Of a stretch of DNA of 64,000 nucleotides, positions 37,901 through 47,232 are shown piece after piece. The notes beneath the pieces are model-generated. The model saw nothing but the letters and a program-made list of their open reading frames with translations, made no database searches and was not told the DNA's origin. A program made the position numbers and the translations under genes. Each line of letters opens with the position of its first letter. Positions within the stretch are counted from its first letter, which is position 1. Source of the stretch: Tubiluchus corallicola (lineage: Eukaryota; Animalia; Priapulida); assembly GCA_030141605.1 (NCBI GenBank), contig JAQGDQ010000662.1, forward strand, positions 52,881 through 116,880. The letters run 5' to 3'.

Positions 37901-40900
37901 GACATTTTCTGGTGATCAGGTATACAATACATGTACTTTGCATTAATTTGTGCTGAAACCAGTCTTTAATTACCAGTATACAGGTATATTTGATTACAGG
38001 TGTACCCAAACAAGATGATTAGTTTACCTGAGTAGTAGTTTATGCAGGTGTATTACCTAGGCTGAGCATTGTGATCACTCTGCTGCTTAGTATATTGAAC
38101 TGTCACTTTATACTGGTGGATGTTAACATAATTTTTCTTGTTCAGAAGTTAAATGTACATTAGTTTGCAGTGTTCCGCATTTTTATGTCAATTAATTATT
38201 TACACGTTGTTTATGTAAATTTATGTTATTTACATAATTAATGTTAAGGTTTTTATCAGTGGTCAGGCACAAACCTGCAATCAATTAAATTTTGACACCA
38301 AAATGTTGGAATACATCCTGGATTTGAACAGGTACCTTCTGCTTACAGGGCAGGTCTGTTAGGTCATTGCCTTTCCCCCGGGGAATAGGGCAGACAAAAG
38401 CTCATCGCTAATAGCTGGGCAAATGCCATCCGAAAAAATAATCATAATAAAATAAATTGATCTAATTTGTTAGCATCACTCTAGTGTGAGTGATCTAGCG
38501 TTGGATAGGCTGAATTTTCGACGGCCTTGGTCACTGGGAATGTAGCGGTCAAAAATGTCTGCCTAGTAGGCAGAAGATCCATAGTAAGGTCAAGAACAAG
38601 CGAGAATCTGTGTCAGTTGTTCGAAGAAACGCCTTTTTCTAGTTTCCAGTGGTGGGCACTTAGAGCATTTGCTGTAAATATTAACAATACCGACAAAGTT
38701 TTTTCCGTATTTATTTTTTGATTTGTTGCATTAGAACTTTGTATCTTTGGAAAAGTCTACACGAATGGCTTTTAATTTTTAGTGCTTTTACAAAAACGTC
38801 TGTAACATCAGTGTTGCAACTTTCGTGATCAAAACTTCAGCAGTTTTTTGCACCACCTGATATATGCACTTACACACATTTTTTCTGGACGTTTTGCTGA
38901 TAAAACAGGTATATTTGATTACAGGTGTACCTGAAACAAGATGATTAGTTTACCTGAGTAGTAGTTTATGCAGGTGTATTACCTAGGCTGAGCATTGTGA
39001 TCACTGTACTGCTAAGTATTGAACAGTCACTTTATACTGGTGGATGTTAACATAATTTCTTGTTCAGAAGTTAAATGTACATTTATGTAAATTTATGTTA
39101 TTTACATAATTAATTAATGTTAAGGTTTTTATCAGCGATCAGGCACAAACCTGCAAATCAGAGAAGCCAGTTCTCTGCATTCTCTGCTTCAGCCATAAAA
39201 CAAAAAGCTTTTCACTGTGTTGTTAAACACGTTAATATTGCGTGTTTTTCTCCAGTGGGAGTAGCTTATAGGTTTCGTGTTTAATGTGGTCATATTTGAT
39301 TGAAGTGTGTGCACTTTGCCTCTTGCTGCTTCATCAAGTTTAAGCTCGCCCTGTTGCACAAACACCATGGATTCCTGTTTAATGGACCGTGCAGTCAATT
39401 TCAAAGAGCAAATCATTTCTAATTTTAACGGGTCTTTCTGCGTTTTAGTTCACGGCTCAGTGAACAATGCCGTGCTGACGTCACTGCTGAAACGACAGAG
39501 TGAAAAATGTTAGATTTGTTCTTGATTATGACCTTGGAATGTTGCTTGCAGTTTTTCTGGGAGTTTTCCTTTATTCCATGGTTCTCCTACTGTGTGGCAT
39601 CAGTTTTTTTCTGTGATCATGTGCTTTTTGTGTAGTGTTTTTAATCTGCCATTGTGCCACATGGCTTCTTTGTGTAATCTTTTGAATCTGCCATTGTGCC
39701 ACATGACTTCTTTGTGTAGTATTTTTAATCTGCCATTGTGCAACATGACTTCTTCGTGTAGTATTTTTATATGCCATTGTGCCACATGCTCTTTGTGTAG
39801 TCTTTTGAATCTGTCATTGTGCCACATGACTTCTTTGTGTAGTATTTTTATTCTGCCATTGTGCCACATGACTTCTTTGTGTAGTATTTTTAATCTGCCA
39901 TTGTGCCACATGACTTCTTTGTGTAGTATTTTTATATGCCATTGTGCCACATGCTCTTTGTGTAGTCTTTTGAATCTGTCATTGTGCCACATGACTTCTT
40001 TGTGTAGTATTTTTAATCTGCCATTGTGCCACATGACTTCTTTGTGTAGTATTTTTATATGCCATTGTGCCACATGCTCTTTGTGTAGTCTTTTGAATCT
40101 GTCATTGTGCCACATGACTTCTTTGTGTAGTATTTTTATATGCCATTGTGCCACACGACTTCTTTGTGTAGTATTTTGAATCTGCCATTGTGCCACATGA
40201 CTTCTTTGTGTAATCTTTTTAATCTGCCATTGTGCCACATGACTTCTTTATGTAGTCTTTTGAATCTGTCATTGTGCCACATGACTTCCTTGTGTAGTAT
40301 TTTTAATCTGCCATTGTGCCACATGACTTCTTTGTGTAGTATTTTTATATGCCATTGTGCCACATGCTCTTTGTGTAGTCTTTTGAATCTGTCATTGTGC
40401 CACATGACTTCTTTGTGTAGTATTTTTAATCTGCCATTGTGCCACATGACTTCTTTGTATAGTATTTTTATATGCCATTGTGCCACATGCTCTTTGTGTA
40501 GTCTTTTGAATCTGTCATTGTGCCACATGACTTCTTTGTGTAGTATTTTTATATGCCATTGTGCCACATGACTTCTTTGTGTAGTATTTTGAATCTGCCA
40601 TTGTGCCACATGACTTCTTTGTGTAATCTTTTTAATCTGCCATTGTGCCACATGACTTCTTTATGTAGTCTTGAACCTGCCATTGCATCACGTGATTTCT
40701 TTGTGTAGCTTTGGACTTCTCTTCGTAGCACATGCCTTCTTTTATGCTCTCCAATCAAACATGATGTCATGTAGTTTATTTGTATAATTTTTTATTTGCC
40801 TTTTTGTGTAATTCAGTAAGTTGGCTTTGGCTTCTATGAAAACAGAGACATATAATGTCCGTCATGAATTCCTTTATTTAACTTTATTTTAACATTCTAA

Positions 40901-43505
40901 TTCTCTCTTCGTGCACTCAACTACTTCCTGTAGCTGTAAAACATGCATTTCTCGGCTATAAAACATGCGTTTCTGTGAGGTAGAGCCAATCAGTAGAGAA
41001 CATACCTTAACAGTTGTGCATATAATAGCGTTCTGCTGCTATTAGCAACAACCATAATTTAGTTAATTGCTTTTAGTCGTTCTGCCTTATGCTAATGTTT
41101 TCTGTCAGCAGCATCCTGTAATAGCTGAATTACTTCGTAGTTCCATTTATATGATTCAATCTCTGCTTATTGTAGCGCTGTATTTTCCACCTTTGTTTAG
41201 CTGAGTTATATTTATCCGAATAAAATCCATACCTTCCTACTATTATGCCTAAGCACGATGTCTGATCAATAAGTTGTAGTAGTCACGGTCTATAGACATG
41301 TCCCATGCATGATTAACTCTTTCTTACTGGTATAAATTATACCTCATTGTAAATAGATAATCAGATAGTTCGTTAGGTTATTTTTTCCTTTTAACAGTTT
41401 TTTTTATAGTTATGGGCTGATTTGCGCATCATATATCTAGCATTAGTATTTTGTGCTTATTGCATTAACTATGTGATATAGTGATTAATTATACATTATT
41501 GGTTGTCCTGAGTTCTATTTAATGTTATAGCTGTGATATACAGTAATAACGTAAATGTGCCAAATCATGTAAGTTATATTTTTGGGTGGCCACCCTTTTA
41601 ATCAAATAGTTGTGCAGTTTTTCTTACAAAGTCATAAATAAATCTAAATTATGTATTTCAATAACAGCAAAACATTTTAAGTAACAACTCGTAGACGTAA
41701 GCGTTATGCATCTTTTTCTATAAAACCTAATTAGACTGTATATAATTCTACGCATTTGTTTGAATTCTAAATCAACAATAAATTTAAAACCAGGTTGATG
41801 TTTCTCCCACAAACTTCTAAAAAAAGAGCATTTTTCACAGTGTTGTCTTTCTTTAGATGTGTGGGATTTGGTGTGACGAGGAAGTTTATTGTGTTTTCCT
41901 GCATTTACTTGATGTACCTTCACAAAGTGAACGTTTATGTATCAGTGTTGCATTTGTGACGTGTTTATAACTATGCTTTCCAGTAGCTGAATTTCTTTCA
42001 AATTTGAAATTTCGAAATTCGATTTCAATCGGATTTGATTCACAGTCACGTTCACAATCACATTCTGGTAAAGAATGTTGACAAGTACCAGTACTTGTTC
42101 TTGTTGACAGGAGCAAATTGACAAAGCTGATGTTGATCCTGTGTTTTCTTAAAGTCCTGTTTAACATTTCCATTAATAATCCATAATTGGATTAAAACTG
42201 TTGATTGAACTTTAATTCTTGATCAGACTAGACTGATGGTCTCTAAACTTGAAATGCACCCTGCATTTCTTGCTTAAGAATAAGAAGTTATTATCAGGAG
42301 CATTTTCCTTATTTTATCACTGTCTGCTTTTCATGAAATCATTTTCTCATCTCAGGCGTCTATCCTTGATAATCAGCTAAATTTTTGTTCTTGTTGTGAG
42401 ATCGTCTAGCTATTGCTTCACATTTTTATGATTCCCTATAGAGCACCGTTAGTACTTAATTTAGCACTTAAATTCAGTTTGATGTATTACTATTTCTGAG
42501 CTTCTGCATCACACCATGATTGTCTAAGTCATTTTAGCATAAGTTGTCATAATTTTGAAATTTAAATAGTAGTTTGCTGCAGATGTTGTGTAGTTCAACT
42601 TCAGTTAAATTTAACTTCAGATCTTAAACTTTTTGAAGTTTAACTTCATTTAAAGTAATTACATCTTTCCCCATCCATAATCTTGTAAAATCAAAATGTT
42701 TTAATGTAAATGTGTGTATATGTTGTAAATATAGAAAGATTTATTTAGTGTCTGTATGTTACAAATGTCACTATTCACTGTGTTTGTAGTGTTTGCTCTG
42801 CACCTGACGCATCCGTCTTTTAACAATGTTTTTTGCACTGATGAATGTCGTATGCAGATGTAGTTTTTTTATTAACATTTGTGATGTTCAAATTTTTTAT
42901 AGGACAAATAAAGATTTCACATATATATATAGTTATGATACACATGCATGTGACCACCCAGTTATACACTCCCTTGATCATGCCCTTATTTGCTAACTAT
43001 TGCCCAATGGTTTTGAGATGGCAGTCGTGCCATGGTTACTGTGACAGCTACATCCATGACTATGGTCATAGTGATCAGCAACCATCAGTTGTAGTGATGG
43101 ATAGAGACTAAGCTTCTACTAGGGTAATTCCTGATTCAAGCTGCTCATGTAATGTACTTGTAATATTTGTTTAAGCTAAATATAATTAGCTAATAGCTTC
43201 TCAGTGACACTGTAATGAGAGGAAAATGTATTTGCATAGAAATCATCTAGTTTGGCTGCATGAATACTGTTTGCTCAGCCATTATGATAGAGTGAATATT
43301 AGCATGCCACGTTATTGACATGTTGCATGCCAATATTAGTAATCAGAAGGATTGTGTTCATGTGACTGCTTCGTGGTTGCAGTGCGGTTACTGTTCCTGT
43401 GAGTTACATCACTGCAGGAACTTTCCTGATTATCATTCTGATGATCCAGTCCAGTGAATCTAGCAGACAGGAACTATTTATGTATATATATATATATGTA
43501 TGTTT

Positions 43506-43537
<32 letters not shown>

Positions 43538-46500
43538 GTATGTATATTTATGTATATATATCTGCAATCAACGATAGAATTGTTTGTTTTCTTTCAACTC
43601 GTATATATATTTTGACCCACTTATAGGTCGCCTTATTGCATACAGAGCTTGCGTTAGCAGTAACTCTATATAAAAGTTACAAATTTAACCGCTCACAATG
43701 ACCGTTAGGTGCAGCCATTTTAACATCAGTCATTTGAAACAAGTTTAGGTAACATTGTGTAAAGTTTGAAAAGATAATCAGAGCATTCGTAACACACTCT
43801 TTCTTAATTAAGCAAAAGTTCAAATTACTTTTTTGTCAATAAGATCAATAATGTGTTGTTGTTTTTTTGGTGACTCAGTGATGCACACTGGGATGGTAAT
43901 TCAGTGCAGTTTTACCAGGTGGCACGAACATTTTAAATTATTAAGAATTTTCTTTTCCAATTACATAATTCTTTCAAACAAGGCAAGTGTAATGCTAAGT
44001 AATGTAACTTTGTATGGAGAGCTCTCTGAGGTATACTCTGAAATTCTTTTTCCAACATTGAAAACTTTCGAATGTTTTCTTACTTGTGTGTGTGTGTGTG
44101 TGTGTGCGTGCATGGCTATTTCAGCGATCAAATTGTTTAATTTAGTTAATGGTGCTTGTATGCAACGCTGTGTGCTATGCTGTTCTAACTAAACTTGTCT
44201 TACAACATTGTTATGTTAACCACATTGTATTATTATGGTATTTACAGTGTAATTTAGTGCTGTTAAGCCTCCTCTAAGGACTAATGCTGTTACTAATAGT
44301 CTTGTAAATATTTGAAACTTGTTACACAGTGTTTTATTCGCGTCATATTGATTAACCATGTCTTATGACGTTGTTACTCAGAATTTTAATGCTGTAGCCC
44401 CATCCCATGAGAGAAATTCTGTTAATCTATTTGTGAAGCTGAAAATGATCTTTTTTATTGTAATTTTGTCTTGCAATGCTGCTAAACTTCATAATGTAAA
44501 CTTTGTTGTATTTTATTCGGTTATTGATCTTATCACGTTGTGATGCTAACCTACCCTTTTGCACTGTCACGCCAGTTGTATCGTGCTATAGTGCTGCTGT
44601 TACCCCGTTTTATGTTCCATTATTTACACATTCGATAAATCTAATGTCGTCTTCTATCATTGACATTGTCAGTGTAAAACCTGCATCAATACTCACAAAG
44701 TATCTCGCACATCACGCGCATTTGTAAGGCAGATTTGAGAAAAGTTTTCATTTTCTGTTGCAGCTCGCAACAAAAGGCGAAGCCGTCGTCGAATCCGTTC
44801 GGTGATGACGAAAACTTTGACGACGCGACAGAGGGCGTACGCGTCCGGGCGCTCTACGGCTATAATGGCTCAGAAGAAGATGAACTTACTTTCAAAGAAG
44901 GTACTAAATTCATTGCGTGTAAGAAGAACATGAAAATATATCTCTTAAATACATATTAGGTGGATTTGGCCTTTAGCTTGTCATTCCATACTGCATATAC
45001 CGCACTGGTTACCATTCACAGTCCGTACAAAACATACTTATTATGCTATAGCCATTTCATTGCATTTTCATCATTGTCACTTCATAATTTGTTTCCATTT
45101 TTTACAATTTTTCGCATTTTTCTCTTCTACTTACACCCTAATTTTACCATCATGTCATTCCTTTCATTGCTCATTTCTTTTATTCTGCGCCTAAGACCTA
45201 ACAACACACCATGCATTACAGATGGGCTTTCCAGGTCCTAGCTTTTAGCTCGATTGCAATCAATTGCCTATCATTTGTTTCTTATTGCTCAAATGATAAG
45301 TATTTATAGTAATTTTGTTAAGTACTTATAGTAATTTTGTTTTCAGCATATGCCATTGTATGTAATATATCTGTGTGTGTAATTGTTATAGTGTTTTTGT
45401 CTGATAAACAGTAAACAACAATGAACAATTGCAGTTTTCAGTTCTTTTCTGTATTAGTATTAAACGATGAGACTGTTTGCTCGCTGCAGAATAAGCGTTT
45501 CTCTGGATAACATTCCCCGTTACCCGCATGGCTACCCGTAGTTTTGACTATTTTCACAAGTCTCCCAAAAACTGCTCAAATCTTCAACATTTTCATACAT
45601 CTTAATACAGTCAAGTTTGTGTAAAGTTTCAATAATGAATACTAGATCACTTTTTTTATTGGCAAGCAAGGACATTTTCACTGATGCTGACATTTTTCAG
45701 TGACTTCAAGTAGACACTTTTCCTTTAACTGGTCGCTAAACGCTAGCAGTCTGCACTGCAGTTATTTCTAAATGCTGAGTGCTGCTTTTATACATTCATT
45801 TTCTTCCTCTGGGCTTCTTATCTGCAGAATTGTTTAATGCCTATTGGCTGCCACATCATTTACCTTCAGAAAAATGGTAACAAGTACCTACATTCACTAA
45901 TAAATTAGTTAACTTCAGCTTTTCTGTACCTGTGCACATATGTCCATCTTTCTACTGAAGTGGTCACTTACTCTGAGTTAGCCTTGCTTGTAGTCCATTT
46001 ATGTAAAAATAATTATTTCACATGTTTGCAGTGGGCCGATTAATCGATTTAATGGATCGCAGTCACTTTGGGCATTGATTTTTAATCATCACTGTAAATC
46101 AGTTGTGTTGTCATTATGGTGTTCAACTTATTTTTCCAAAAAGCGAGAAAAATTGTCAAATGAATCTAGCGTCACTGCGACACTACCTTTGTGCCATGAC
46201 TTGGCAGACTGCATTGCTGCTTAGATACAAAGGTTTCTCGCAATGAAATGTACAGTGATCCCTTGCTACTTCGCGGTTCGTTTATCGCGGACTCGCTGTT
46301 TCGCGGGTTTTCAAAAATATTAATGTAAAATATTGATCTCGGTATTTTCGCTGTTTCGTGGATTTTTGCCGTAGTCCGTCTAAAGTATTTTTGCACATTG
46401 TAGTACGTATTGTACAGTAATGTAGAGATTTGATGAATTTTGCATAAAAATCACAAAATGTATAAAAATATATTAAAAATATTAACTGTAACATTAAAAG

Positions 46501-47232
46501 AATATTATAAATCATAAAAAATTACCATTTACAGTAAATAGTGTATTTATTCAGCGGATGAATACACACCAATAACGAAATGTAGTACTTGCGCCCGCTT
46601 GAGATGCTACTTGCTGACGTCAGATTGTGCACAACACACGATTATGTATAAGAGTGTTGGGAGGGTTTATAAAGACTTAAAATAATGTATAACTACTAAA
46701 ATAAGTATAGCGTCCCTACTTTGCAGAAATTCACTTATCGCGGGTGGGCCTGGAACGGAACACCCACGATAAGTGAGGGAGCGCTGTACAGTACTAAAAC
46801 ATCTAAAAGGCTAACTCTTTAATCACGGTGGATTATGCGGGTGTCTTTAATTCTATGGTATCTTCACTTCATGATTGTTTCAGCAAAACAACAGCCTATT
46901 AGCCTTCTCAATACTTTAGTAGTGTGTCAGTTCATCCGTTTTTCATAAGCAGCAAAACCCGCAGTTTCCGTGTGTGTATCTTTTTCTTAAAACAGCCTAT
47001 AAATCGATTGCTATTGTATCCGATTAATCGATTGTGAAAATGTAACCAATGTATCGCTGCTAGTGTATGCAGTTGTGCATGAATAAGACCTTGAAATAAC
47101 CGATTGATATATTGCAATGCAGGTGATGAGTTTTTAAAACTAGAAGATGAGGACGAGCAAGGTTGGTGTAAAGGCAAAATAGGCGACACTATCGGACTGT
47201 ACCCTAGTGGATATGTCGATGAACTACACTGA
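10685..47232 (+). CDS. PACSIN: PACSIN/syndapin (F-BAR + NPF + SH3), spliced gene, core isoform 450 aa
   Basis: join(10685..10913,11631..11734,13175..13282,14433..14570,15893..16018,17897..17997,19022..19142,24080..24258,44764..44900,47123..47232) = 1353 nt, all GT-AG and phase-consistent. Hallmarks: [59 protein letters not shown]. Confidence 0.95.
11631..11734 (+). CDS. PACSIN: PACSIN exon 2
   Basis: CCCTGCAG| [34 protein letters not shown] |GTAATA. Confidence 0.92.
11988..12050 (+). mobile_element. Degenerate tRNA-derived SINE-like head
   Basis: TGATGTCTAGTGG (A-box-like) ... GGTTGAAATTC (B-box-like). Confidence 0.35.
12835..13133 (+). mobile_element. Kolobok-like family copy (right part, ends ...CCTTTAA)
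   Basis: AGTTTGAAAAGATAATC...CTAAGCAAAAG...GTAATATAACTTTGTAT...TTTAA, shared with the other copies of this family. Confidence 0.7.
13175..13282 (+). CDS. PACSIN: PACSIN exon 3 (wedge-loop region)
   Basis: CACTCAG| [36 protein letters not shown] |GTTAGT. Confidence 0.92.
14433..14570 (+). CDS. PACSIN: PACSIN exon 4
   Basis: TTTTGCAG| [12 protein letters not shown]...GKSQDE |GTAAGA. Confidence 0.93.
14662..15270 (+). mobile_element. Tc1/pogo (Tigger-like) MITE
   Basis: TA|CAGTGTTCCCTC...GAGGGAACACTG|TA TIRs with TA TSD; inverted sister copy at 46253-46786. Confidence 0.85.
15469..15797. mobile_element. MITE with CAGGGCCAGAATTT TIRs (hAT-like)
   Basis: CAGGGCCAGAATTT ... AAATTCTGGCCCTG; no clear TSD. 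Confidence 0.6.
15893..16018 (+). CDS. PACSIN: PACSIN exon 5
   Basis: TTATACAG| [10 protein letters not shown]...[24 protein letters not shown] |GTACGT. Confidence 0.92.
17110..17678 (+). repeat. Interspersed repeat of about 570 bp, copy 1 (unclassified)
   Basis: Colinear similarity with 24775-25342 (CCATGGCAACCTATTGTTC, TTCCAGTTGGATATTT, TTAATCAGGTG, GTCGCATG). Confidence 0.75.
17897..17997 (+). CDS. PACSIN: PACSIN exon 6
   Basis: TTTCAG| [33 protein letters not shown] |GTAACT. Confidence 0.92.
18131..18583. mobile_element. MITE with TAGTGTTGTTAA TIRs and CGATA subterminal motifs (hAT-like)
   Basis: TAGTGTTGTTAAACGAT ... ATCGATTAACAACACTA. Confidence 0.6.
19022..19142 (+). CDS. PACSIN: PACSIN exon 7 (F-BAR end)
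   Basis: TTTTCCAG| LKQIYLDLY...[21 protein letters not shown] |GTGAGT. Confidence 0.93.
19676..20085. mobile_element. hAT-like MITE with TTCGAA subterminal repeats
   Basis: TAGGGGTGAGC ... GGTCACCCTTA; dense CGAAT/TTCGAA motifs; imperfect TSD GCGTTGAT/GCGTGACC; degraded relative at about 25740-25989. Confidence 0.7.
20493..21512. repeat. Minisatellite, about 11 units of 90-96 bp, containing a transposon terminus
   Basis: Unit AATCATC..TC.AGATTCA(A/T)TTCTCATCC.AAGAATTTGATTTCC..GTTTCATTTTAAAG(G/A)GAAGAAAAAGGAATCTTAAAGTATAC. Confidence 0.95.
21480..21600 (-). mobile_element. Kolobok-like family right-end fragment, continuous with the last satellite unit
   Basis: Minus strand TTTCAAACAGATAAGCATAATGCTAAGTAATATAACTTTGTATG...TATACTTTAAGATTCC matches the family consensus. 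Confidence 0.7.
22271..22620. repeat. Tandem duplication, 2 x about 176 bp
   Basis: GAGTTC..ATTTACAAATAAAAGTCTTA.AGAGCATTGCTGCTAGTACAAGC...CATCACCAAACA at 22271 and 22447. Confidence 0.9.
23412..23870. repeat. Minisatellite, about 30-bp monomers arranged as about 61-bp dimers
   Basis: GCATTAATCATGCTAAAGTAAACACTG alternating with CATTAATC(G/A)TG(A/C)TGAAGTAAAACATGGTA. Confidence 0.9.
24080..24258 (+). CDS. PACSIN: PACSIN exon 8 (linker)
   Basis: TTTCAG| [17 protein letters not shown]...[12 protein letters not shown]|GTATGA (phase 2). Confidence 0.9.
24775..25342 (+). repeat. Interspersed repeat of about 570 bp, copy 2
   Basis: Colinear with 17110-17678. Confidence 0.75.
25361..25733 (+). 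mobile_element. MITE family A copy 1 (AAGCCTTTTC TIR, AT flanks)
   Basis: AT|AAGCCTTTTCACAG ... CTGCGAAAAGGCTT|AT; subterminal inverted AAGGTTAAGTGTACCA / TGGTACACTTAACCTT; 5 copies in the window. Confidence 0.85.
26742..27006 (+). CDS. PACSIN: Candidate PACSIN alternative exon A (NPF + acidic dileucine); terminal exon or cassette
   Basis: CAACAG| phase-2 acceptor in frame with exon 8; IASYFRR...DDEKLL...[14 protein letters not shown]...APQPP*; GC-rich against an AT-rich intron; AATAAA at 27088. Confidence 0.75.
28315..28408 (+). CDS. PACSIN: Candidate PACSIN alternative exon B (NPF + FFAT-like)
   Basis: TTTTCACAG| phase 2; [30 protein letters not shown]; or a 90-nt cassette using GA|GTAGGT after 28404. 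Confidence 0.78.
28590..28978 (+). mobile_element. MITE family A copy 2
   Basis: AT|AAACCTTTTCACAG ... CTGTGAAAGGGCTT|AT, colinear with copy 1. Confidence 0.85.
29207..29750. mobile_element. hAT-like MITE (TAG(A/G)GATGTTA TIR) with a Tigger-like TIR fragment inside (about 29451)
   Basis: TAGAGATGTTA ... TAACATCCCTA with ACGATA subterminal motifs; internal TA|CAGTTAACCTCGGATATAAG. Confidence 0.5.
29908..31316. repeat. 21-bp minisatellite, about 67 units
   Basis: Unit CACTACGCGTTTCTTGGGGTA with point variants; one short unit near 30633 shifts the frames of the spurious long ORFs. Confidence 0.98.
31311..31323 (+). mobile_element. CACTA/EnSpm-type terminal inverted repeat (one end only)
   Basis: CACTACAAGAAAA, the canonical Spm TIR 13-mer; no partner TIR found by eye. 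Confidence 0.45.
31431..31506 (-). other. tRNA-derived Pol III-like cassette
   Basis: Minus strand TGGTGGCTCCGTACTG...GGTTCAAGTCC...TTTTTT: B-box plus oligo-T; not a foldable tRNA. Confidence 0.5.
32345..32678 (+). mobile_element. Kolobok-like family copy
   Basis: GAGCATTCGTAG...CTAAGCAAAA...GGTGAGTCAGTGGTGCAC...CCTTTTCTTCCCCTTTAA. Confidence 0.7.
32780..33180 (+). promoter_or_regulatory. Candidate internal promoter (CpG-richer patch, CRE TGACGTCA at 33157-33164)
   Basis: Local GC/CpG enrichment and a perfect CRE about 1.1 kb upstream of candidate exon C. Confidence 0.3.
34280..34491 (+). CDS. PACSIN: Candidate PACSIN alternative exon C (alternative first exon from ATG 34280, or cassette 34318..34491)
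   Basis: [24 protein letters not shown]...[28 protein letters not shown]|GTACGC; phase-2 donor in frame with exon 44764; TTTTAG acceptor at 34317 gives a 174-nt symmetric exon. Confidence 0.7.
34621..35150. repeat. Degenerate tandem repeat, about 4 x 136-141 bp
   Basis: CAT(T/C)GTT(A/G)CTGCA...TGGCCTG...GTCAGTTTT recurs at 34621, 34757, 34899, 35040. Confidence 0.8.
35248..35665. repeat. Degenerate 34-bp minisatellite
   Basis: TTCCTTTGCTCAAGCTTGCAGGTTTTGTA recurring. Confidence 0.75.
36043..36412 (+). mobile_element. MITE family A copy 3
   Basis: AT|AAGCCTTTTCGCAG ... CTGAAAAGGCTT|AT. Confidence 0.85.
36621..37745. repeat. Tandem duplication of about 542 bp containing a 22-25-bp minisatellite
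   Basis: ATTTATTCTTTCATTCATCAATCCACCC at 36621 and 37163; CTCTTGCTGTTATTCACTTA units in each half. Confidence 0.92.
37980..39160 (+). repeat. Direct duplication of 250-300 bp (37980-38283 and 38905-39160) around a unique spacer
   Basis: CAGGTATATTTGATTACAGGTGTACC...CAGGCACAAACCTGCAA twice; copy 2 lacks about 45 bp. Confidence 0.9.
39625..40710. repeat. 41-bp minisatellite (about 27 units) with higher-order structure
   Basis: TGTAGTATTTTTAATCTGCCATTGTGCCACATGACTTCTTTG with shorter variants. Confidence 0.97.
41620..42420 (-). mobile_element. Degraded retroelement relic, possibly Penelope-like
   Basis: Minus-strand fragments [25 protein letters not shown] and NSATGKH resemble Penelope RT-thumb/GIY-YIG region motifs; many frameshifts. 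Confidence 0.35.
43480..43561. repeat. (TA)n microsatellite
   Basis: TATATATA runs. Confidence 0.9.
43693..44055 (+). mobile_element. Kolobok-like family copy
   Basis: CAATGACCGTTAGGTGCAGCC...AAGTTTGAAAAGATAATCAGAGCATTCG...GTAATGTAACTTTGTATGG. Confidence 0.7.
44764..44900 (+). CDS. PACSIN: PACSIN exon 9 (NPF + SH3 start)
   Basis: TGTTGCAG| [46 protein letters not shown]|GTACTA. Confidence 0.93.
46253..46786 (-). mobile_element. Tc1/pogo (Tigger-like) MITE, inverted sister of 14662-15270
   Basis: TA|CAGTGATCCCTTGCTACTTCGCGG ... GTGAGGGAGCGCTG|TA; reverse-complement similarity throughout. Confidence 0.85.
47123..47232 (+). CDS. PACSIN: PACSIN last exon (SH3 end)
   Basis: AATGCAG| [35 protein letters not shown]. 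Confidence 0.93.

Noticed and set aside
38300-38368. tRNA gene candidates here and at 8728, 11988, 31431 and about 60300
   Set aside because: Only B-box/T-arm remnants; no acceptor stem or full cloverleaf, so treated as SINE-like relics.
39571-40770. Cys/His-rich repetitive ORFs resembling zinc fingers
   Set aside because: Translations of the 41-bp minisatellite; frames shift with unit length.
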